Of a stretch of 32,000 nucleotides of DNA, positions 22,734 through 30,468 are shown piece by piece. Within the stretch, counting starts at the first letter, position 1. Every line of letters starts with the position of its first letter. The position numbers and the translations under genes were made by a program. Below the pieces are notes generated by a model. That model ran no database searches. It had not been told where the DNA came from and saw nothing but the letters and a program-made list of their open reading frames with translations. Origin of the DNA: Cupriavidus necator (GTDB lineage Bacteria > Pseudomonadota > Gammaproteobacteria > Burkholderiales > Burkholderiaceae); NCBI RefSeq assembly GCF_016127575.1, contig NZ_CP066018.1, forward strand, positions 510,001 through 542,000. Reading direction: 5' to 3'.

Positions 22734-23642
22734 GTGCATTTCGACCTGCTCGACATTGCCGTCTTCGTCCGCGCCGCGGCGCTGGGCAATCTGTCGGCCG
22801 CCGCGCGCGACCTGGGCTTGTCCACCTCCAGCGCCAGCGCCCGCCTGGGCCGGCTGGAACAGTCGCTGGGCAGCCGCCTGCTGCATCGCACCACCCGGCG
22901 GCTGGCACTCACCGCCGACGGCGAGCGCTTCCTGCCACATGCGGAGCAGTTGCTTGCCACCGCGGCTCTTGCCAGCGCATCGGTCGGCACCAGCGCCGAG
23001 CGCCCGCGCGGGCAGTTGCGCGTGACCGCGCCGGCGTCCTTCGGGCGCCAGCATGTCTCGCCGGCGCTGCCCGAATTCCTTGCCGCCTACCCCGATATCG
23101 CGCTTGACCTGCGCCTGACCGACCAGGTGATCGGACTGGTCGATGCCAGCATCGACGTGGCGCTGCGCATGGGCGTGCTGCCGGATTCCACGCTGGTGGC
23201 ACGCGCGCTCGCACCCAGCCACCGCGTGATCTGCGCCTCACCCGCCTACCTGCAGCGCCACGGCGTGCCGCGCCACCCGGACGACCTGCGCCAGCACAAC
23301 TGCCTGGTGCTGGCCGACCAGTCGGCGTGGCGCTTCAATACGCCGCTGGGCGAGACCGTGGTGCACGTGCGCGGCAACCTGCGCGTGGATAACGGCGAAG
23401 TGCTGCGTGATGCGGTGGTGGCCGGCGTCGGCATCTCGCTCAAGTCGACCTGGGATGTGGGCCCGCTGTTGCGCAGCGGCGCGCTCGTGACAGTACTGGA
23501 CGAATACCCGGTGGTGCCGGCAGTGTCGATCTGGGCAGTGTTTCCCAGCCGGCACCTGGTACCGCCCAAGACACGCGCCTTCGTGGATTTCTTCGCCGAG
23601 CGCTTCGGCAACCCGCCCTATTGGGACCGGCCCGATACCTAG
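22734..23642 (+). CDS. LysR family transcriptional regulator
   Basis: 302-aa ORF with an N-terminal wHTH (FVRAAALGNLSAAARDLGLSTSSASARLGRLEQSLGSRLLHRTTRRLALT) and a LysR substrate-binding domain. Confidence 0.9.
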   Translation: MHFDLLDIAVFVRAAALGNLSAAARDLGLSTSSASARLGRLEQSLGSRLLHRTTRRLALTADGERFLPHAEQLLATAALASASVGTSAERPRGQLRVTAPASFGRQHVSPALPEFLAAYPDIALDLRLTDQVIGLVDASIDVALRMGVLPDSTLVARALAPSHRVICASPAYLQRHGVPRHPDDLRQHNCLVLADQSAWRFNTPLGETVVHVRGNLRVDNGEVLRDAVVAGVGISLKSTWDVGPLLRSGALVTVLDEYPVVPAVSIWAVFPSRHLVPPKTRAFVDFFAERFGNPPYWDRPDT

Positions 23643-23938
23643 AGCGCACTGCGCGCTTGCGCACGATCAAGGCCGGCGCAAACGGCGGCTCTCCTTTCCG
23701 CCAATTCGCCCATACTGTTAGAGCCGACCGATTCCGGCGGCGTCACGCGCGGCGGGGCCACACCCTGGCGCAAAGGAGCAAGCATCGACATGCCAACCTA
23801 TGAGGAAGGACGCCTGGCGGCGATCGCTGTCAGGCTGGCGCTGTCCTCGGGACTGCCGCCATCGAGCGCGAAGGCCGCGCTGGAACTCGCCAGCAGCATG
23901 ATCGGCGACCAGCAGGCCACCGAACGCGCCCGGAAGAC

Positions 23939-24808
23939 TCAGAACAGCGAACCCTGCGGATCGTCCTTGCCGCGGGGCCCCCTGACTGGCGGGCGGAAAC
24001 GCGACGTATCCAGCTCGAACCGGTTGTAACGAAACCCTAGCCGTTCGGCGGCCTTGTAGAAACGCTGGCGCAGCAAGTCCGCCCACACGCCCGTACCGCG
24101 CATGCGCGAGGCAAAGCTGGCATCGTAGGCTTTGCCCTCGCGCATGTCGCGCACGCGGTTCATCACCCGTTCCGCGCGCTCGGGAAAATGCGCCAGCAGC
24201 CATTCCTCGAACAGAGGCCGCACTTCCCAGGGCAGCCGCAGCACGATGTAGTTTGCATAGACGGCGCCCGCTTCGTGCGCCGCTTCCAATACACGCTCCA
24301 GGTCGGGTTCGGTGATGAACGGGATCACCGGGGCGATGCTCACACCCACCGGGATGCCGGCGTCGGTCAGCGTGCGGATGGTGCGCAGCCGGCGTGACGG
24401 CGTGGCCGCGCGCGGCTCCAGCGTGCGCGCGATGCCAGCATCCAGCGTGGTGATGGTGACCGCCGCCACCGCCAGCCGCTTCGCCGCCATCGGCGCGAGC
24501 AGGTCGATATCGCGCTCGATCAGAGACGACTTGGTAATCAGCGCCACCGGGTGGTCGCACTCGTTCAGCACCTCCAGCACGCCGCGCGTGATGCGCTGTT
24601 CGCGCTCGATCGGCTGGTAGGCGTCGGTGTTGACGCCCAGCGCGATGGTCTCGCAGCGGTAAGACGGCCGTGCCAGCGCCTCGCGCAACCGCTCGGCGGC
24701 GTTGGCTTTGGCATAAAGCTGCGTTTCAAAGTCCAGCCCTGGCGACAGGTCCAGGTAGGCGTGCGTCGGCCGGGCGAAGCAGTAGATGCAGCCGTGTTTT
24801 ATGGTCCG
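23939..24808 (-). pseudogene. 5'-truncated native radical-SAM gene (PA0069/SplB-like family)
   Basis: The open frame reads ..RTIKHGCIYCFARPTHAYLDLSPGLDFET...DDPQGSLF and is collinear with residues ~82-361 of the intact paralog at 24957..26042. An in-frame TGA lies at 24809-24811. Roughly the first 80 codons and the first Cys of CxxxCxxC are absent. Homology stops at about 24800, where G+C drops. Confidence 0.75.
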
Positions 24809-24914
24809 TCATTTTGTTCACGTTAGTTGGTAACTCCCTGTGCCATCAACCTCTCTGGGTATTTTTTCCGTGCGATGGTGGGGGGGCGCGAACATTGTTT
24901 TTCACGGCCAAATA

Positions 24915-24930
24915 CTGTATATATATACAG
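24915..24930 (+). promoter_or_regulatory. LexA (SOS) box
   Basis: CTGTATATATATACAG is a perfect CTGT-N8-ACAG palindrome (extended form TACTGTATATATATACAGT, 24913-24931). It lies 27 nt upstream of the radical-SAM ATG and overlaps a possible TTCACG-N17-TATACA promoter. Confidence 0.8.
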
Positions 24931-24956
24931 TGCATCAAGACTTAAGAGAGGCGCTG

Positions 24957-26042
24957 ATGACATCACTTCGCCCGGGACTTCGCAAGGGCCGAGGCGCGCT
25001 GTCCAACATTGAATCCAGGTTCGACAATTGGGACAGAGCGCACGACGACGATGCACTTGCAGCCATTTTAGAGCTCGAGGGTGAACGCCCCGCGCCCAAA
25101 ACAACTGTAGCATTTGAGGATGCAAAATCAATCATCTCGAGAAACCAATCGCCAGATGTCCCATTTGACCAGTCGATTAATGCATACCGGGGATGTGAAC
25201 ATGGTTGCTCGTACTGTTTTGCCCGGCCTACGCATGCATATTTAGGCCTTTCCCCCGGCCTTGATTTTGAGACCAAGCTTACTGCGAAGCCAAATGCTGC
25301 TGTGTTACTCGAGAAAGAGCTTTCAAAACGTACCTATATACCTAGCGTAATTGCCCTCGGTACCAATACTGACCCATACCAGCCTATTGAGCGAGAACAC
25401 CAGCTGACTCGCAGAATCCTCGAGGTGCTCGAGGCTTTCAATCATCCGGTAGCGATTACTACCAAGTCGCATCTCGTGACACGCGACATCGACATCCTCT
25501 CGCGGATGGCGGAGAAGGGTCTCGCTCGCGTCTATCTCTCCGTCACCACGCTGGATGCGGAGCTTGCTAGGAGGATGGAGCCGCGTGCCAGCACCCCATC
25601 TAGGCGAGTGGACGCTATTCGCATGCTGACTGCTGCCGGGATACCCACCGGTGTATTGGCCGCGCCTATGATTCCCGCGCTTAACGATTATGAACTGGAG
25701 AATATCCTAAGCGCAACTGCAAATGCCGGTGCGTCCGCTGCCGCTTATGTGTTGCTCAGATTACCGCTGGAGGTGCACGACATCTTCATCGAATGGCTCG
25801 AGCAACACTACCCCGGACGGAAGAATCATGTCCTGAGCATTATTGAAAGCATGAGAGACGGCAAGCATTATGACGCCGAATTCGGGCGCAGAATGCGCGG
25901 CACGGGCATATTCTCAGAGCTGATTGCCAAACGATTCGAGCTTGCATGCAATCGGCTCGGCCTCAATCAGGAACGCAGAAAACTGCGTACCGACCTATTC
26001 CAGGCACCCATTAATCCTTCGCCCCAGGGAAGCTTATTCTGA
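24957..26042 (+). CDS. radical SAM protein, PA0069 / SplB-like (COG1533) family, intact lower-G+C copy
   Basis: ATG at 24957 follows AGAGAGG. It carries the CEHGCSYC radical-SAM cluster motif, and its 361 aa are collinear with the truncated native copy on the opposite strand. Confidence 0.85.
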   Translation: MTSLRPGLRKGRGALSNIESRFDNWDRAHDDDALAAILELEGERPAPKTTVAFEDAKSIISRNQSPDVPFDQSINAYRGCEHGCSYCFARPTHAYLGLSPGLDFETKLTAKPNAAVLLEKELSKRTYIPSVIALGTNTDPYQPIEREHQLTRRILEVLEAFNHPVAITTKSHLVTRDIDILSRMAEKGLARVYLSVTTLDAELARRMEPRASTPSRRVDAIRMLTAAGIPTGVLAAPMIPALNDYELENILSATANAGASAAAYVLLRLPLEVHDIFIEWLEQHYPGRKNHVLSIIESMRDGKHYDAEFGRRMRGTGIFSELIAKRFELACNRLGLNQERRKLRTDLFQAPINPSPQGSLF

Positions 26043-26204
26043 GGCAGTCAGGAATACTTGAGGTGACTTCGCCAGCCATAAACTCGCGGCTGCCACCACA
26101 GGTGTTTGCCGAGGCGGACTGGAGGCGCTCTCGAACCGCAAAAGTGAGGTGCGCTAGCCGCCGGCTTGTGCAAACCCAAAACGACGGTAGGCCATCAGCC
26201 AGGC

Positions 26205-26246
26205 TGTGGATAAGCTGTTATTAACATGTGGATAGTCTGTGGATAG
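26205..26246 (-). repeat. three co-oriented DnaA-box-like 9-mers
   Basis: TGTGGATAA (26205-26213; the complement TTATCCACA is the consensus DnaA box) and TGTGGATAG twice (26227-26235, 26238-26246). Start-to-start spacing is 22 and 11 bp, with an AT-rich TTATTAA between boxes 1 and 2. Confidence 0.6.
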
Positions 26247-26547
26247 TGCGTTTGGCACGGGCGCCATGCGATTGATGGGGCGAACCATGGAGGTCTAGGA
26301 GTCCTACTAGGTAGTCACCAACCGAACGAGTTCGCCCCAAGAAATCGCGGACGTCCACGTGAACCCACCGTCGCGAAAACGCAACAGTTCCCAAAGTGCT
26401 TCGCCCGGCTCAACCGCGACCATGTCGCTAGAGTGGACCCGCATGCAGCCTTCCAGAAGGTCATATACCCGTAAAGGACTTGCGCATGTGCACCACAAAC
26501 CACGAGCACATTGTCCAATATCACCCACGTACCAACCGTAATCTGCC

Positions 26548-27253
26548 ATGACTGCCCATTGCCCGGAATGCTACGGCGAACGCGAATGTAGTGTCCATGG
26601 AGAGGTCAAAGTACCGTGGGAATGGACGGATGGACCGCATAGCGTCAACGGCCAGACGGATCATCGACTACTGCAGTGCTTGGGTTGCAAGACCGTGCTC
26701 TACTGGTCCAGCAGTTGGAATTCCGAAGATTGGGGATGGCCGCACTGGTGCCGACGGCAAGGAGCAAATCTATCACCCGCGTACCGTCACGACTTTCCCT
26801 ACACCGCAGCGCGTCAGCCGGCGTCCTGAATGGCTCGCCAAGATCGAGCAGATCGACGCCCATCTCTCGCAGATCTTGCACCAGACCTACATCGCCCTGG
26901 AAGCGGATGCGTTCATTCTAGCGTCGGTGGGCTTGCGTACCGCCTTTGACCGGACTACCGAGATCCTGAAACTCGATCCCGGACACACGCTGGAACAGAA
27001 GGTCGCCCTGCTTAAGGACAAGGGCTACATCGGGGAAACTGAGGCGGCAATTCTGTCAGTGGTTACCGATGCGGGCAATGCGGCCGCCCATCGCGGGTGG
27101 TCCCCTGGGGCTGCGGAATTCCGGGTCTTGCTTATCGCATTGGAGCAGTTCATCGAACGCACGGTGATTCAGGGCACCACTGCCCTAGGCATCGCCCAGC
27201 ACATCCCACCGCGGCACCCGCGCCCGAAGCGTGCATTCTCGGGGGCAAAGTAA
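26548..27253 (+). pseudogene. zinc-ribbon + DUF4145-like protein, apparently split by a +1 frameshift near 26730
   Basis: Frame 1 (26548..26829) starts MTAHCPEC...LLQCLGCKTVLY, i.e. CxxC...CxxC. Frame 2 (to 27253) carries LEQKVALLKDKGYIGETEAAILSVVTDAGNAAAHRGW, a DUF4145-type helical motif. The upstream part of frame 2 and the downstream part of frame 1 both look non-coding. The G-run TGGGGA lies at 26731-26736. Confidence 0.5.
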
Positions 27254-27396
27254 GCGTAATTATGTTGCCCCGCCTGCCGCGAAAAATGCCGACGCATTCA
27301 GCCTGCCTGGCGCCGTCCGCCCCGCCGTGGGTTTCCCCGCGCGGCGCGCCACCTTCCCCAGGGCTCCCCGCAAATGGAGGATCGCCTAGCCGCGCA

Positions 27397-28182
27397 ATGT
27401 CGGGTAGCATTCGCCGTGACGTGAAAGCCCCGCAAGGGGCATTGATCCCTCTGCCCATGTTTTCGTACGCCTGCAGCCAAACGGCCGCCCAGCACCCGCT
27501 CGCCTCTTTCCGCACGCCCGTCGACGGGCCGGAGCTGGAGATCGTGCGGTTGTTCTGCGAGACGCTGCCCGCCCGTGCACCGCGCAACCGCGCCACGACC
27601 GTATTTCTTGAACCCAGGATCGCGGGCTGCTTTCCCGATGTGGTCATCGTGCAGTGGGATCCCGCCATTGCGGCGGCCTGGGTGCCTGCGCGGGAGCACC
27701 TGGAAAGCGGCGATACGTTCTGGCTGCACTACCTGCATCAGGTCGGCACCCTCGATCCCACCGTCCTGTGCGAGCGACTGGGCAGGAAACGCGGCCTGCA
27801 GACATGGGAACGCCTGCTTGCCGCAGAGGTGGGCCGGCAGGCCGGGGACCGGTTGCGGCGCAAGCCACTGGCCGAGACCTATGCGATCAAGCGCCTCGTG
27901 GCTGTGGAGGCCAAGATCGGCAACTGGCGCCGCGGCCTGGAGCAGGCCTTCCAGAACACGTGGTTCGCCTCCGAGTCATTCCTGCTGCTCGATCGGCTTG
28001 AGGGCAAGGATGACCTGTTTCTCCGCGCCGCCGACCTAGGTATCGGCCTGATCGAGCCGGCCCACGGCATCGACGACAGCCGGCTGCCCGCCCGATGCGG
28101 CAAGCATCCGGTCTCCCAGGCGTCCTGGCTCTTCAACGAGTGCGTGCGGCGCGACGGTCCAAACACGGCGAGCCGACACTAG
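27397..28182 (+). CDS. hypothetical protein with PD-(D/E)xK nuclease-like motifs
   Basis: FLEPRIAGCFPDVVIVQWD (Asp codon 27637-27639) and LVAVEAKIGNWRRGLEQA (E-x-K at 27907-27915) flank a helical, wHTH-like segment. The start is ambiguous (27262, 27286, 27397 or 27457); 27397 was chosen because the upstream Pro-rich translation looks non-coding. The stop TAG directly abuts the kinase ATG. Confidence 0.55.
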   Translation: MSGSIRRDVKAPQGALIPLPMFSYACSQTAAQHPLASFRTPVDGPELEIVRLFCETLPARAPRNRATTVFLEPRIAGCFPDVVIVQWDPAIAAAWVPAREHLESGDTFWLHYLHQVGTLDPTVLCERLGRKRGLQTWERLLAAEVGRQAGDRLRRKPLAETYAIKRLVAVEAKIGNWRRGLEQAFQNTWFASESFLLLDRLEGKDDLFLRAADLGIGLIEPAHGIDDSRLPARCGKHPVSQASWLFNECVRRDGPNTASRH

Positions 28183-29028
28183 ATGCACGCGCCCCTGACC
28201 GATCTGCCTGCGGAATTCCAGCGTTTCCAGAATCTGCATTTCATTGCCTCGGGGGGACAGAAGATCGTCTTTCGCGGCACGTGCCCGCAGCATGGCGCCA
28301 TCGTCCTGAAAGTGTTCAATCCGGGAACCGACATGGCGCGGTTCGAACGCGAACTGAGCGCGGTACAGCGCATCCAGTGCCCCCTGACGCCCACCATCCT
28401 GGAATCGGGCATGACCCGGCAAGGCGGCCAACCGATCCCGTACGTGGTCGAGTCGTTCATCCCCGGCGCATCGATTCAGCAGCACCTGGACGCCGGCAGC
28501 CTGCAGGACCCGAATGTCGTCCGACTGGCGACCGACATCCTCCAGGTGCTCACCCTGACCGAGCAACGCGGTATCGTGCATCGCGACATCAAGCCTGCCA
28601 ACCTGCTCCTCCATGCCGACACGGGGGCGATCTGGCTGCTGGACTTTGGCATCGCGCGCCATCTTGACCGGACCGCCCTCACCGTGGGCCCCATCGGTCC
28701 CTGTACCGCCGGATTCGCGCCACCGGAGCAGTTCAACGCGCTCGCGGCCGAAGTCGACGTGCGCAGCGACCTGTTCGCCTTGGGCGTCACCCTTCATACC
28801 TGCATCGAAGGCCGCAACTTCTATTGCGAGGGCGCACGAGACCACGTGGAGGTCTTCCAGCGTGTGCAAAGCGTTCCCTTACCGCGGCTCACGCGCGAGC
28901 CTTGCGGTGTCGCGGGATTCGCCGACCTGGTGATGGCGCTCACGCAGATACGGCGCAGCCATCGGCCGCACTCGGCCGCCGAGGCACGTGACTGGCTCGC
29001 AGAACTGTTGGTCCAATACCAAGCATGA
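28183..29028 (+). CDS. Hanks-type serine/threonine protein kinase (stand-alone catalytic domain)
   Basis: 281 aa with IVLKVF (Lys), RFERE (Glu), VHRDIKPANLL (HRD at 28579-28587), LDFGIAR (DFG at 28642-28650), GFAPPEQ and DLFALGVTL. Confidence 0.85.
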   Translation: MHAPLTDLPAEFQRFQNLHFIASGGQKIVFRGTCPQHGAIVLKVFNPGTDMARFERELSAVQRIQCPLTPTILESGMTRQGGQPIPYVVESFIPGASIQQHLDAGSLQDPNVVRLATDILQVLTLTEQRGIVHRDIKPANLLLHADTGAIWLLDFGIARHLDRTALTVGPIGPCTAGFAPPEQFNALAAEVDVRSDLFALGVTLHTCIEGRNFYCEGARDHVEVFQRVQSVPLPRLTREPCGVAGFADLVMALTQIRRSHRPHSAAEARDWLAELLVQYQA

Positions 29029-29091
29029 GACAACCGCCCGCCCGCGCCAACGGTTTTCGGGACGGGGAGATTCTGACAGGGGGACATTGCG

Positions 29092-30297
29092 GTGGAACTG
29101 CATCTGCAAATGGGGCACGGCATGATGGACCATTGCCGCGTGCTGGTCGGCGCATGGCGGGGCGGCACCGTCGTGCTGAGTCCGCGCGATCTGGACATGC
29201 AGCAAATGGTCCGCCTGTCGGAGGATCTGGCGAGAGATGGCGGACGGGTCCTGCTTGACCCGCAGATGTTCCTGCCGCAGGCCAGCCACCCACGGCTGGT
29301 CGGCCATGCGCACTGGGCGCAGGGCGGCAACCTGCAACAACCTGCCACCGTGGCGCACATCATGGAACGCCTGATCGACATGAATGCGGCATGCGGCGCG
29401 CAGCAGATCATCCTGCCTGGCGCCCTGGCCGCAAAGGTCGACGCCGCCTGGCTGGATGCCATGGCGCAGGTCGGCGAATGCGCCCAGCGCCTGGGCGTCG
29501 ACAGTGCCCGCGCCATGCAGACCATTGCGCTGAGCTATGACGCTGTTCGCGATGACAAGCAGGTGGAAGCCGTTGTCGAGGCCATGGACGCCTGGCCCGC
29601 GCGCACCATCTATCTAATCGCCGAAGCCCCGTCGGGGGTCTATCTGGTGAACGATCCGACATGGTTCGCCAATATTCTGGACATCGTCGCCAGCGCCCGC
29701 TTGAGCGGAAAACAGGTCATGCTCGGCTATGCCAATCAGCAACTGCTGGTGGCCGCCTGCGCAGGCGCGAATGCCATCAGTTCGGGGACCTGGATGAACG
29801 TCCGTATCTTCATGCAAAATCGCTTCCTTGCCGCTGACGAGGAAGACCGGAAGACGCGCTCCACCTGGTACTACGCCCCCAATCTGTTCTCGGAGTACAG
29901 GATCCAGAATCTGGATATTGCCCAAAAGCTGGGCTTGCTCGACCATCTGCGCACACCGGACGATTTTGGCAGCGGGCATGCAGACGTCCTGTTCTCCTCG
30001 CTCCAGCCGACGCTGGCGGGCTTTGCCGAACCCAGTTCGTTCCGGCATTTCCTGCAGTGCCTGCGGACGCAAGCCCGCGCGGCCTCGCTGGGTTCATTCG
30101 AGAGCACGCTATCCAGTTACCGCCAGGCGCTCGACGCCGCCCAAGCAGTGCTCGAGCGCCTGGATAAAAAGTCCGTCTCAAGCAAGCAACGCAACATCCT
30201 GGCCAGCGAATGCATCGATGCCGTCCGCGCTGGCCTGCATGTCCTCGAACGGAACCACGGCCCTCGCCTGCGCAGGCTTTGGGGAAGACTGTCATAG
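29092..30297 (+). CDS. hypothetical 401-aa protein, no family recognised
   Basis: GTG start at 29092 is preceded by AGGGGGA. The long ORF is same-strand with protein-like composition and alternating hydrophobic-strand/helix segments (VVLSPRDLD, QIILPGA, TIYLIAEAP, VMLGYAN..GANAISSGTWMN). Confidence 0.6.
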   Translation: MELHLQMGHGMMDHCRVLVGAWRGGTVVLSPRDLDMQQMVRLSEDLARDGGRVLLDPQMFLPQASHPRLVGHAHWAQGGNLQQPATVAHIMERLIDMNAACGAQQIILPGALAAKVDAAWLDAMAQVGECAQRLGVDSARAMQTIALSYDAVRDDKQVEAVVEAMDAWPARTIYLIAEAPSGVYLVNDPTWFANILDIVASARLSGKQVMLGYANQQLLVAACAGANAISSGTWMNVRIFMQNRFLAADEEDRKTRSTWYYAPNLFSEYRIQNLDIAQKLGLLDHLRTPDDFGSGHADVLFSSLQPTLAGFAEPSSFRHFLQCLRTQARAASLGSFESTLSSYRQALDAAQAVLERLDKKSVSSKQRNILASECIDAVRAGLHVLERNHGPRLRRLWGRLS

Positions 30298-30468
30298 CCA
30301 GCGCGACCCGCTTGTCCATGCGCAGCGGTTGACCTAAGCGCGCGTCCCCGATGACGCGGTGGTGGTCAAACGCCACCGCCCCCCTGACCTACCTGGCGAC
30401 GCGCGGCTTGCCGATCGCCCGGCTCCGCCGCCGACGCCCTTTGCCCGGCGCCCGACACAGCCCAAGTC

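Noticed and set aside
23790-24029. 79-aa plus-strand ORF with an AAGGAG-like ribosome-binding site after the LysR gene
   Set aside because: Its 3' third overlaps the conserved C-terminus of the radical-SAM pseudogene on the other strand, and no family is recognised. Evidence is insufficient, though a shorter peptide cannot be excluded.
26110-26160. tRNA-like GGTTCGA (T-loop-like) string on the minus strand, a possible tRNA fragment or att remnant
   Set aside because: The flanking bases do not form a 5-bp T-stem or an acceptor stem, and no cloverleaf can be drawn. It is probably a chance match.
26307-26549. 80-aa minus-strand ORF (MADYGWYVGDIGQ...) divergent from the zinc-ribbon gene
   Set aside because: Its start codon overlaps the plus-strand ATG base for base, it has no ribosome-binding site and no recognisable family, and it is Trp/Cys-rich. 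It might be a small regulator or a gene remnant, but I cannot support it.
28036-28869. 277-aa minus-strand ORF opposite the kinase and 219-aa minus-strand ORF (30334..30993) opposite the RT 5' end
   Set aside because: The plus-strand frames carry complete kinase and RT motif sets. The antisense translations have no motifs and start inside the neighbouring gene.
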